DNA from: Pseudobdellovibrionaceae bacterium
Lineage (GTDB): Bacteria; Bdellovibrionota; Bdellovibrionia; Bdellovibrionales; UBA1609
NCBI GenBank assembly: GCA_030591685.1
Contig: JAUVAX010000022.1
Coordinates: 1 to 37,591 of the forward strand
DNA length: 37,591 nt
Direction of reading: 5' to 3'
Positions 17,960 to 27,185 of the stretch are shown piece after piece (position 1 is the first letter of the stretch; each line of letters begins with the position of its first letter). The position numbers and the translations under genes are program-made. The notes beneath the pieces were generated by a model that saw only the letters and a program-made list of their open reading frames with translations, was not told the DNA's origin and did not search any database.

Positions 17960-19579
17960 TTAATGCCTTGAGCCGGGCCCTACGGGGTATCTTCTCGGTG
18001 TATTTGACGCCCTTGGGGGGCTAAAGATATTATGAAATTTAGTTTTTTTGCCCTTTTTATATTTTTCTAAGTCTTTGTTTTTATAACTCTCTAAAGCTTC
18101 GAGCATGGCCTGGTGATAAAAAAGAAGTCCTCCGTTTTGCTCGCGGTACTGTGACCCTAGCTGCTCTAGGTGATCTTGCATGAGGGTGCCGATCTCTTCA
18201 AGGATCACAATAGAGTCCATGGCTTTAACAGGTATGTTTTTAGGGAACTTATGTTTAAACCCTAAATCAGCAGCCCTAACGAGCTTACCAAACCTAGATT
18301 TTAGATTTTTAATAACGTTGGGTTTAAATTTATAGCCATCATTCTCCATCCACTCAAAAACCTTGGTTAAGATGGCGTCTTTATAGCGGATGTTTCTGAT
18401 TTTTCTGTAATCTCTCCACTCGGCAAGTAGTTCGAATTGAGAGTCTACGTCCATATCACCAGGGGCAAAAGTTTTAAACTGCTTAATGCCAAGGCGATGG
18501 GCTAAGTCATTAGTTAATGGTATTTGGCTCATAAAGGTAGGCATTTTAACTCCATATTTTATAAACCCCATATAAGCCATTTCTGAGCAAAAAACCTCGT
18601 CAGTGTCCTTTAATGACATTTTAAAATCGTAGGGGACATTATGGTTTACATCATCTTTTTTTAACCAGGGTTTCCACCATTTTTGGCTCTTTTTCATTTT
18701 TTTCGTTAAAACTTTATAACTGTATTGGGCCGCTTTGTGAGCTAACTCATGATCTGGGTACCTAAACTGTAAAACTCGGGCATTGCCATCGTCGAGGTAC
18801 TCTCTCATGGGCCTGATTGTCGAGCCTATTTCAATATGGGCTTCGAGGGCTAAAACATTATCCATGGTTCTGATTTCTTCAATAGTAAACTCAGCGCCAG
18901 GCTTTTCGCCAATAATATATATTAATGAGATATGGCTAAACTGGGTATCTACATCACCAATTCGCGCAATGGCGGCGCTGGTGATGGCGTTGCCTCGGCT
19001 CATAAATACGTCACCAGAACGAACTTTAACCTGGTCATTGCCAGGGGGTAGTAAAAGTTCAGGTGATACGCCTTCAAGAGTATTTAGCGTTTTGGGGTGT
19101 AAATCAGCAACATAAACTTCAGGGGCTATAAAGAGTTCACCTAAGTAGTCTTCGATATAACGTGTGGCACGAATGGCTGTTCGCATAGATTGTACACAAC
19201 CTAACAGCTCTTTATTTTTCAAATCATGTTGATGAGTTTTTACGAAATCACCTAACCGCTCTCTTAACATTAAGCGGCCCAACCAAATGGTGTTGATGAT
19301 TTCTAGGTAGTCGCCATTGACCTTGTCAAAGTTAAAAGCATGAGGGTCGACCTCAATAAGGTCTGAATAGAGTTTATTTAATATCACAGGGCACGATTTA
19401 ATGTTGAATTCTTCAGGGTTCGAAACTAACTGATAGTAATCTTGGGAGACCTTTAATAAGTCAATAGAGGGTTGGTGGCTACTCACAGCACTTTGAGGTT
19501 CAAATGCATAACTGGCTGTTGATTTAAATAACAGTAGCAAAACAAAAAAAGTATAAGTTATAAGCTTGTGTATTTGCAT
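17960..19579 (-). CDS. secreted permuted papain-like NlpC/P60 (YiiX/YebB, C92) amidase
   Basis: Signal peptide; RSGDVFMSRG, FSH before YDF...FCSE (His-then-Cys permuted order). Confidence 0.87.
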   Translation of the reverse strand: MQIHKLITYTFFVLLLLFKSTASYAFEPQSAVSSHQPSIDLLKVSQDYYQLVSNPEEFNIKSCPVILNKLYSDLIEVDPHAFNFDKVNGDYLEIINTIWLGRLMLRERLGDFVKTHQHDLKNKELLGCVQSMRTAIRATRYIEDYLGELFIAPEVYVADLHPKTLNTLEGVSPELLLPPGNDQVKVRSGDVFMSRGNAITSAAIARIGDVDTQFSHISLIYIIGEKPGAEFTIEEIRTMDNVLALEAHIEIGSTIRPMREYLDDGNARVLQFRYPDHELAHKAAQYSYKVLTKKMKKSQKWWKPWLKKDDVNHNVPYDFKMSLKDTDEVFCSEMAYMGFIKYGVKMPTFMSQIPLTNDLAHRLGIKQFKTFAPGDMDVDSQFELLAEWRDYRKIRNIRYKDAILTKVFEWMENDGYKFKPNVIKNLKSRFGKLVRAADLGFKHKFPKNIPVKAMDSIVILEEIGTLMQDHLEQLGSQYREQNGGLLFYHQAMLEALESYKNKDLEKYKKGKKTKFHNIFSPPRASNTPRRYPVGPGSRH

Positions 19580-19978
19580 TTAATGGCCCCTCTAAATGGA
19601 TCTTATGTTTAGTGACAGGCGCCACTTTAAAGCAAATTTAAAAAAATGAAAGTACATTGAATTTTTTATAAAAAATAGAATTTTGTTTAAAAAACTTTGT
19701 TGAGGTGTTTTAATTAATCACGCGGGCTCACGGGTGCTGCTTAAAGTAATAACCCGGTTCAGGTGCAATGAACCCCTCTGTAGGGGTAATGTGGCGAGCT
19801 TTAAGACTTTGTGAGTGTGCTTACAGTTACAGGCATTGAATTTGGTACAATTTAGGCATATATAAAACGTTCAAACTGTGACCGTTTATTCGACACTCTT
19901 TATTATTTTTTGCCTTAGTGATAAAAGCTTTAAAAGTAAATTTTATTTTAAAATTATAAAATAAAGCGCTCAGGAGAT

Positions 19979-20935
19979 ATGATTATTGAAAACTCAGTAA
20001 TTTCTGTCAGCAGTACATACCTAAATATTATGCTAACGCTATTTACAATACTTTGTTCGGCGACCTTAGTGAATGTACTTTTGTTATTCAAATCACCTAA
20101 AAATGAAACCTTTAAAAAAGTAAAAATCATAATTAAATCTTGGTGGATCATTGTAATCACAATACTTGTCGCCGGGGTGTTTGGTAAATATGGATTTTTA
20201 GTTTTATTTGGCGGACTAAGTATATTTAGTGTCCTTGAATATTTTAAAGTGACTAAAATTAAATTTTGTAAACAAGAGATGAAAGCCTTTCTAATTATCT
20301 CTATTTTGTTGCAATTAGTTTTAATTAATAATTACGCATTCACGCACTTTGCTGTTTTTCCTAGTATATATGCGATCCCAACAGTTTCGTTATTAATTTT
20401 CAGATCTAAAACGGGTCAAGATTTATCCCGGTACTTAGCTGTTTATTTGGGTGTGCTGCTTTTTACACACTATGTTTTATATTCAGTGGCTATTATTTAC
20501 TCAGGTCCAGAGTTACTGGGCAGCCAAGATAGTGCTTTTGTTTTATTTTTTCTACTCATCGGTTTAACTCAGTTAAATGATATATTTCAGTTTATTTTTG
20601 GTAAGTCTTTTGGGAGAGTAAAAATTGTACCTCATTTAAGCCCCAATAAAACAGAGGCTGGTTTTATTGGCGGGATAGTAGCTACAACTTTACTAGGTGG
20701 TTATACATTTAATTTTTTTTTAGGGATAGATTTTAATGTTTCTTTAGGCTTAGGGTTTTGTATTTCACTTTTTGGTATTTTTGGGGACTTGACCTTTTCT
20801 ACCGTTAAACGGCATTTAGGGATCAAAGATTTTAGCAGTGCTTTGCCAGGGCACGGTGGGTTACTTGATCGATTAGACAGCGTTATTTTTACTACTCCTG
20901 TTTTGTTTCATGTTATTAACTATTTTTTAAGGTGA
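19979..20935 (+). CDS. phosphatidate cytidylyltransferase (YnbB/CdsA-like)
   Basis: SWW, NDIFQFIFGK..G..KI.P.LSPNKT, GDL..S.VKR..GIKDF...LPGHGGLLDRLDS. Confidence 0.92.
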   Translation: MIIENSVISVSSTYLNIMLTLFTILCSATLVNVLLLFKSPKNETFKKVKIIIKSWWIIVITILVAGVFGKYGFLVLFGGLSIFSVLEYFKVTKIKFCKQEMKAFLIISILLQLVLINNYAFTHFAVFPSIYAIPTVSLLIFRSKTGQDLSRYLAVYLGVLLFTHYVLYSVAIIYSGPELLGSQDSAFVLFFLLIGLTQLNDIFQFIFGKSFGRVKIVPHLSPNKTEAGFIGGIVATTLLGGYTFNFFLGIDFNVSLGLGFCISLFGIFGDLTFSTVKRHLGIKDFSSALPGHGGLLDRLDSVIFTTPVLFHVINYFLR

Positions 20936-20941
20936 TTGTTT

Positions 20942-21301
20942 ATGAAGGACCAATTAGTACCTATTTTACTCAACTTACTCGCAGCCCTGTTTGGTGGTTT
21001 AGGCCAGTACGCGTATAAAAAGGGCGGGTTACTATTAACAGAGGTTTCTATATTTAAAAATTACCACCTGTGGACAGGGGTTTTATTATTTATCTTTGTT
21101 ATGATTTTGTTTGTTATAGGCTACAAAATGGGTGGGCGAATCTCTGTAGTTTACCCTTTTTATGCAACCACGTTTATTTGGGGGGCTCTTATTGGATATT
21201 TTTGGGAGAACGAGCCTTTAAATTTAGGCATCATCGGTGGTACGTCATTAATTTTAGTAGGACTGGCAGTTATTGCCCAAAGCATTGCAAAGGTGTCTTA
21301 A
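20942..21301 (+). CDS. small DMT/EamA-type 4-TM transporter or flippase subunit (ArnE/F-like)
   Basis: GQYAYK, G.ISVVYP and E.L....IGG..LI..G pattern; four TM helices. Confidence 0.8.
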   Translation: MKDQLVPILLNLLAALFGGLGQYAYKKGGLLLTEVSIFKNYHLWTGVLLFIFVMILFVIGYKMGGRISVVYPFYATTFIWGALIGYFWENEPLNLGIIGGTSLILVGLAVIAQSIAKVS

Positions 21302-21939
21302 TGGATGATAGTCGTAGAGATGTAAAATCAAGAAATAATAATTTGTTTCACCGCCTCTCAAGGGGGCTCATTAGCATGGGGCTAATGCCTAACCACATCT
21401 CTTTGTTAAGTGTTTTATTTGCGGCCCTTGGAGCTTATGGGTTTTTATTAATCTCTCAAGGAAGTGTTCTTTTGGGTGCCATAGTTACTTTTGTGGGCAT
21501 TCAGTTTAGGCTTATTTGTAATCTCATAGATGGTTTAATGGCCGTTGAGGGCCAGCTCAGCTCTCCTCAAGGGGAGCTTTATAATGATGTACCTGACCGG
21601 TTTTCTGACTGGTTTCTTATTTTAGGCACCGGATTTGTAATACAAAGTTACCCTCAGGGGTGGAATATAGCTTGGGCGGCAGCAACTCTAGCTATTTTAA
21701 CAGCTTATATAAGAGTTTTAGGCGCCAGTCAGGATGTGGGGCATGACTTTGGGGGCCCTATGGCCAAGCAACACAGAATGGCAGTGTTAAATTTAGGGGT
21801 TATCGGCACCCTTGTTGAGCATGTTTTGTTCCCCGGGTCTTTAGGCATGAGCCTTTATGTATCTGTTTGTGTTATTTTAGTGGGCTCAGTTATTACTTGC
21901 GGCCTTAGACTTTTTAGAATTTCAAAAAAACTTTCGTAG
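21301..21939 (+). CDS. CDP-alcohol phosphatidyltransferase family protein
   Basis: PNHIS and NLIDGLMA...G.L.N...DRFSD signature, GPMAKQHRM; ATG 21301 overlaps the upstream TAA (track start 21070 is too long). Confidence 0.9.
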   Translation: MDDSRRDVKSRNNNLFHRLSRGLISMGLMPNHISLLSVLFAALGAYGFLLISQGSVLLGAIVTFVGIQFRLICNLIDGLMAVEGQLSSPQGELYNDVPDRFSDWFLILGTGFVIQSYPQGWNIAWAAATLAILTAYIRVLGASQDVGHDFGGPMAKQHRMAVLNLGVIGTLVEHVLFPGSLGMSLYVSVCVILVGSVITCGLRLFRISKKLS

Positions 21940-22009
21940 GGGTATGTGCTCAATAAATATTTGTCTTGTTGGCACTAATGGTGGGTACACTTTTTAATGC
22001 AGCGAGTCT

Positions 22010-22026
22010 CTGGCATAGCGTTTGCT
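22010..22026 (+). promoter_or_regulatory. sigma54 promoter
   Basis: CTGGCATAGCGTTTGCT, near-consensus TGGCAY-N5-TTGCW, about 70 nt before ATG 22098. Confidence 0.75.
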
Positions 22027-22097
22027 AATAAGCTCATTAACTACATAAAGTGGTGCAGTTTTGTTACTAAATACAAGGTATATAAGAGGGGGAGAGT

Positions 22098-25000
22098 ATG
22101 AGTTTACGGGGATTAATTTTAACTGGTGTCTTTTTGGCGTTAATCGCACAACAGTCCGAGGCCGCTAAGCCGCTACCAGATCATTTAAATGTGAATAAAT
22201 ATGAGGCCATTTATAAACAAGCTCGCGAGCGCTCAGGCGAGGCCCGTGATCGCGCTAACAACTCGAGGTTGCAAGTTGAGCAACTCGCAGGCGAAATCTC
22301 CGACAGGCAAAGAGATATCGAAAACTCTCAACAGAGTATTTACGAAAACGAAAACGAGATCACTCGCCTAAGGCGGGACATCCCTAGAATTGAGGACGAT
22401 ATATATAGTGCCGAACAACTTATCTCAAGGATGGTTTCGGATATTAAAGATAAAGAGTACCGATTAGCTGAAATACGAACACGGGCCAAGCGTTTAAAGC
22501 GTAAGAGAAGTCATTTAGAAGATGAGCGGCACGTGATTGCTGATGAGATAAATAACATACGTCCAAGATATAAAAAAATTAAAGCTAAGTATAATGAAAA
22601 GTCAAAAGAGCTGACCCGACTACAAAATCAAAAAGCCGCTACTAAACAGAGCATCCGTGACTCTCAAAGCAAAATAGAGAAAAACAAAAAAGACATTCAA
22701 ACTCTAAAGCAGAGCATTCCACTGATGAAGTCTGAAATCACACGACTGAAGCAAAAAGTATCAGAGCTTAAGTCTAATATGGCCCCCCTTAAGGCCTCAC
22801 TGAAGGAGACAGAAACTAAGGTTCACGCACAACAGGCCAACGTAAAGAGGGCGCTCAATAAAAAGAGTCAAAAAGAAAAGAGAGTTCAAGAGCTAAAGCC
22901 CCAAATGAGCCAAGTACAAAAAAAGATGGCTCAAGTGCAAAAAAAAATAAATGTAGCTCAATCTAAAGTTAACGCATCAAAGGCTAAGGTCGAACAGTCA
23001 AAAAAGCTAGTGAGTAATAGCCAGAGAAACATAGACGCAAAAACTGCTGAAATCGCGGTTTTAAAAGAGAGGCTAGATAACTTTGACAGTAAAACTCAAC
23101 AAATGCAAAAAAACCTCAGAGCTTTTAATGTAACCCTTAAAAAGCATCGAAACGAGTTTGACAGCTTAAAGAAAAAGAAAAACAAAACAGAGGCTGAAAA
23201 AAAGCGAGTCGGCGAGCTGTTAAGAGAAATAGTACAGCTTAATCAAAAAATCGCTAACGTCAAAAAGAGAATCAATCAAAGAGGTCAAAATAAGTCAAAA
23301 CTTCAAGCTCAATTAAAAAAATTAAACTCACAACTAGCTCCTATGAAATCCTTTTTAGAGCGGTTTAAAACAACTTTAGCCTTAAGGCAAAAAGAGCTCA
23401 GTGCTGCTGAGAGTGTACTTAATAATGAAAAAGAAAACTTACAAGCCGTTAAACGAGAGTCTAGAGGTGTGTTAGTTCAGTTTAAAAAAGCTAAGAGTGA
23501 ACTTTTGCAAGCGACAGAGAGTTACCGTACGGCTCAATCATTGTTAGACCAATTAAACTCAAGGGTGTTAACTATTAACGCCCAGATCGCATCAACAAAT
23601 AGTCAGATTTCAAAATCAAGGGCGGCTATTGAGTCAAAAGAGGCAAAAATCACACAAACTCAGGCGATGATCCCTAAATTAAAAAGTGAAATACAAAGTT
23701 TAAAACAAAGGCTGGCCGAGCTTAATGGGCAACTAACGACCCTAGAGGCACAAGTCATAATAGTTAAAAGTGAGGAGCAACAGTTAAGTCGTCGTTTAGC
23801 AGCTTTGCAGGTAAAGGTAGATGAAATAAAGTCGAGACTGCATTTAAAGGATAAAGACATTAGGGCTTTAGAGCAAAAATTAGATCGAGTACGAAGAAAC
23901 CGAAAGGTCGTTAAAGAGGAGATATTAGATTTAGATGATAAAATTTCATATAAATACGAGCAAGTAGACAGCATGAAAGAGGCGATTATACAAAACCGCT
24001 CTGAAATGTCCTCCCTTGCAAGGGACAACTCAAGCCTTTACCAAAAGATTACTTATGATAAAGAGTTATTAAGGGGGCAAGAGGCCGAGTTAGCACAAGT
24101 TAAAAATGAATACTATGAGCGAGAGTCCACGGCAAAAAACCTTGAGGGCAAAACACAGCTTGCAAAAAATAAACTTGATGAGGTTTCTGATCGATTTTTT
24201 GCCCTAGCTGATGCGGCGAGTGACTTTGGCTCAAGAGAGGGCGAAAACTCAGGAACCCCTAAGGGGTCGCATGAAGGCGAGCGCGTCGGGGACCCTGCGG
24301 GGGCTCAACAAGGACGTATCAAAGGTGAAGCCGAAGGACTCATTTTTGGGTTTAACAAAGGCAAAGAAGTGGGCTTTAGTGAGGGTCAAAGCAAAGGGTA
24401 CCAAAAAGGGCTCAATGCCCCTGAAAACTTTGATCGTGGGTACTCGCTGGGGTTAATAAGTGGTAAAAAGGCCGCTCTTGATGAGGCTGTCGCTATAAGT
24501 CGACCTAAAGGCTATAAAGTAAAAATGCAAGAGCTGTTGAGTCAGCTTCCGGCAAGAAGTACCTCTTTCCCCAATACTCTAGTTAATACTAGAGGGGTGT
24601 TGATGAGCTCTCTAGGGGGTGTGTCAGGGTCTTCAGATTTTCAAAAACCCTTGGCGTACATTAACAACACCTCTATCCCGTTAAATTTAGAGTTCAGTTC
24701 TTTTGAAGCGTCAGGGGCAGAGCAGGCTTGCGCTGAAGAAAAACCATCAAGTGTGGCCAAGCAAGTACTTTCTAGGTCGAGCGTGTGTAAGTACGAGTAC
24801 TCTGAGGTTAACGAGTACTGTATTAACGCCTACGAGGACTCTTATGAAAGAGCCTATGCAAGCAGTTACTCTAAAAGCTACAACCAAGCTTACATGCAAG
24901 CTTGTGTGCCCAGCTATGAAGTTGCTTTTAGTGAAAATGAAACCGTGAGGTACGATAAGGGCTATCAGACCACTTACTTACCTACGTTTAGAGAGTACGA

Positions 25001-25847
25001 AGCCATAGGTGCAAAAGAGGCCCAGGCAGGTGGTTTTAAAAAAGGCAAAGTAAAAGCTTTTAATGACAACATTGAGGCTTTTCGTAGCGAGCAATACACC
25101 TTAGGTGAAATAAGTGCAGTTAATGAGCTTAAAACAAGCCCTGTTGTGCGCTTAAAAGACGTTGAGTTTGTAAAGGTCACCGAGGGGCACAAAGGTCACT
25201 TTGTCCCCGGCGATACAATTAAACTCAACGCGACCATTGTTAACTATGGTGAGGTGGCTACTGAGCCGGGTCAGGTTAAAGTAAAAATCATACCCGTATC
25301 TACAAATGTCGAAGTACTTGAGGGGGCTGAGTGGGTGGATGTAGTCGGCCTTGATGGCGTAACGGTCTCAAAAGTATTAAACATTAAAATGGTTAAAATT
25401 AAAAAGGTCGGCACTTTATCTCCTATAGTGATTAAAGTACAAATGCTTAGAGGGGACAGTTTGATTGATGAAAAACAAGTCCAGTACTCAATGGAGCCCC
25501 ATGTGGTGTCAACGCTTTCAAAAACCAAAGGGTACACTCCAACACCTAAAGTAAATTGGACTCAAAGATTAAAGTTTTACTTTAAAAACTCAAGCAATCA
25601 AAACCCAAAAGAAAACTTAAACGTGACCCTATCAACCAAAGATATCCCGGCGGACTGGATTGATTTTAAAAAGAACAATCAAGTTATAAACTCTAGCAAG
25701 TTTGGCCCCGGTAAAACTCAAAAAGTTAAACTTTACTATAAAATCTTAAACAAAAAAGCAAAAGGTAAAGAAATCAAATTAGTTATCACGGTAAAGTATA
25801 AAGGTAATATTTCTTTTCAAAAGTATATAACCATTAAGCCAAGATAA
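22098..25847 (+). CDS. very large secreted coiled-coil protein with GxxxG and YxxxY repeats and C-terminal beta-sandwich-like domains
   Basis: Signal peptide; about 670 aa of heptad-rich sequence; no Walker motifs; purine-rich SD. Confidence 0.85.
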   Translation: MSLRGLILTGVFLALIAQQSEAAKPLPDHLNVNKYEAIYKQARERSGEARDRANNSRLQVEQLAGEISDRQRDIENSQQSIYENENEITRLRRDIPRIEDDIYSAEQLISRMVSDIKDKEYRLAEIRTRAKRLKRKRSHLEDERHVIADEINNIRPRYKKIKAKYNEKSKELTRLQNQKAATKQSIRDSQSKIEKNKKDIQTLKQSIPLMKSEITRLKQKVSELKSNMAPLKASLKETETKVHAQQANVKRALNKKSQKEKRVQELKPQMSQVQKKMAQVQKKINVAQSKVNASKAKVEQSKKLVSNSQRNIDAKTAEIAVLKERLDNFDSKTQQMQKNLRAFNVTLKKHRNEFDSLKKKKNKTEAEKKRVGELLREIVQLNQKIANVKKRINQRGQNKSKLQAQLKKLNSQLAPMKSFLERFKTTLALRQKELSAAESVLNNEKENLQAVKRESRGVLVQFKKAKSELLQATESYRTAQSLLDQLNSRVLTINAQIASTNSQISKSRAAIESKEAKITQTQAMIPKLKSEIQSLKQRLAELNGQLTTLEAQVIIVKSEEQQLSRRLAALQVKVDEIKSRLHLKDKDIRALEQKLDRVRRNRKVVKEEILDLDDKISYKYEQVDSMKEAIIQNRSEMSSLARDNSSLYQKITYDKELLRGQEAELAQVKNEYYERESTAKNLEGKTQLAKNKLDEVSDRFFALADAASDFGSREGENSGTPKGSHEGERVGDPAGAQQGRIKGEAEGLIFGFNKGKEVGFSEGQSKGYQKGLNAPENFDRGYSLGLISGKKAALDEAVAISRPKGYKVKMQELLSQLPARSTSFPNTLVNTRGVLMSSLGGVSGSSDFQKPLAYINNTSIPLNLEFSSFEASGAEQACAEEKPSSVAKQVLSRSSVCKYEYSEVNEYCINAYEDSYERAYASSYSKSYNQAYMQACVPSYEVAFSENETVRYDKGYQTTYLPTFREYEAIGAKEAQAGGFKKGKVKAFNDNIEAFRSEQYTLGEISAVNELKTSPVVRLKDVEFVKVTEGHKGHFVPGDTIKLNATIVNYGEVATEPGQVKVKIIPVSTNVEVLEGAEWVDVVGLDGVTVSKVLNIKMVKIKKVGTLSPIVIKVQMLRGDSLIDEKQVQYSMEPHVVSTLSKTKGYTPTPKVNWTQRLKFYFKNSSNQNPKENLNVTLSTKDIPADWIDFKKNNQVINSSKFGPGKTQKVKLYYKILNKKAKGKEIKLVITVKYKGNISFQKYITIKPR

Positions 25848-25861
25848 TTAATAAAAACTAT

Positions 25862-25896
25862 AAACTGCCGGGTCCATGCCCGGTGGTTTACTTTTT
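25862..25896 (+). terminator. intrinsic terminator
   Basis: AAACTGCCGGG-N6-CCCGGTGGTTT stem (with G-U pairs) and T-rich tail. Confidence 0.75.
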
Positions 25897-25939
25897 AAGC
25901 TCTAAAAGTGACATTTGTATCCTCTCATCGGTATTTTAT

Positions 25940-25966
25940 TTTAGAAATAAGCCTTCAATCCGATAA
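25940..25966 (+). promoter_or_regulatory. sigma28-like promoter
   Basis: TTTAG-N14-TCCGATAA ending 6 nt before ATG 25973; no SD. Confidence 0.4.
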
Positions 25967-25972
25967 GTTAAT

Positions 25973-26947
25973 ATGAGACATGCAATTCTATTCCTACTCC
26001 TTGTTCAGGCGAGTTCAGCATTAGCTGATACAGAGGCTACTAATTGCACAAACTGCAATCACCCCAAGAGGGGTTTAGAAAAAATAATTTCATTTTATAG
26101 TGATGTCTATAAGGCTTTGACTAATGCCCCACGAAAGACCATCGAGTGTAAAAGTATAGATTTAAGTCAAAAACCCGCCTTAAAACAAAGAAAATACCTA
26201 CGTCAAGCTAGCGGTCAATTTTGTTCAGCCTTTGCTTTTGCGGATGTGCTTTCAAGTAATTTAGACACTCCAATATCTGCTATGGATATTATGTTTAGTG
26301 CAGCAGAGATAAAAGGATTAGAATCTGATAGCGAATTTATTTTAGCCAATTTTAAAATTGATCAAATTCAAGATGCAATCAATAAGCATGGTGTTTGTCC
26401 AGAAAATGAATTAAATGTACCTTATTGGGGAGGCATACAATCAGCAGATTTAATTGTTCCAACCCTGATTTCATTTAATATAGCTGTAAAAGAAGATAGT
26501 TCTGAGCACTTGAAGTATGGGTTGGAATCTGGTTTGTTTAGAAATTTATCTTTTTCAAAAGAGATAAAAAGTCTATCTAAAGAAAATTCAAATTTTTCTA
26601 GGTTTATGCTTAAACTAGCTCAAAAAAATTGCAAAGAAAAAAGAACTCACCCAAAGGTTCAAGCCTTAGGAACAGCTATGCCGTTTTTACGGCGTGAAAA
26701 ATTGAAATTTTTAGATAATCTAAGAGTGTCAATAAATAATGGCAAGGCCGTGGTTTTGGGCTTAAATTCTTCTGTACAAAATCACGCTGTTTCTTTAGTC
26801 GGAACAAGAAGCGTTAAAGGGAAGTGCGAATATATTATAAGAGACTCAGCCTCCTCTAAATTAAATACAATAGAGACTTATTCTGAAGAAGAAATGATGA
26901 ATATGGTGAGGTCATCATTTCAGGTATCAGTTATTTCAGGTCACTAA
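25973..26947 (+). CDS. secreted papain-like (C1-type) cysteine peptidase
   Basis: Signal peptide; Q-x5-C (RQASGQFCSAF), GVCPE, HAVSLVG and YIIRDS catalytic motifs. Confidence 0.8.
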   Translation: MRHAILFLLLVQASSALADTEATNCTNCNHPKRGLEKIISFYSDVYKALTNAPRKTIECKSIDLSQKPALKQRKYLRQASGQFCSAFAFADVLSSNLDTPISAMDIMFSAAEIKGLESDSEFILANFKIDQIQDAINKHGVCPENELNVPYWGGIQSADLIVPTLISFNIAVKEDSSEHLKYGLESGLFRNLSFSKEIKSLSKENSNFSRFMLKLAQKNCKEKRTHPKVQALGTAMPFLRREKLKFLDNLRVSINNGKAVVLGLNSSVQNHAVSLVGTRSVKGKCEYIIRDSASSKLNTIETYSEEEMMNMVRSSFQVSVISGH

Positions 26948-27117
26948 TCTCTACCTTAAGATGAACAGTGAACAGGAACGGAGCCCTGTTTATTGTTCCA
27001 ACTCCTCCAATTATTGTCTAAAGTTGTTAGTGCAATTAGGGGTTTACGGTTTGTATATGCAAGCTGAATATGTGGCTCCGTCCCTCCTCTCCTCCTCTCA
27101 GCCTCACTGTATTCAAT

Positions 27118-27185
27118 ATCATGCCAGATCATGCTATAAAGCACATATTTTCATTGCATGATCTGGCATGATCTGTCATGATCTA
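27118..27185. repeat. 17-bp perfect inverted repeat plus three tandem 10-bp repeats upstream of fic
   Basis: ATCATGCCAGATCATGC (27118-27134) / GCATGATCTGGCATGAT (27156-27172); GCATGATCTG, GCATGATCTG, TCATGATCTA at 27156-27185. Confidence 0.9.

Noticed and set aside
21070..21300. N-terminal extension of the CDP-alcohol transferase
   Set aside because: Overlaps the DMT gene out of frame; ATG 21301 is coupled to its stop and gives a family-typical start
22098..25847. SMC/SbcC or FliH annotation for the coiled-coil protein
   Set aside because: No Walker A/B motifs and it has a signal peptide; GxxxG repeats alone do not establish FliH
26956..27161. 62-aa and 66-aa ORFs between the peptidase and fic
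   Set aside because: No motifs; the region is better explained by hairpins and repeats
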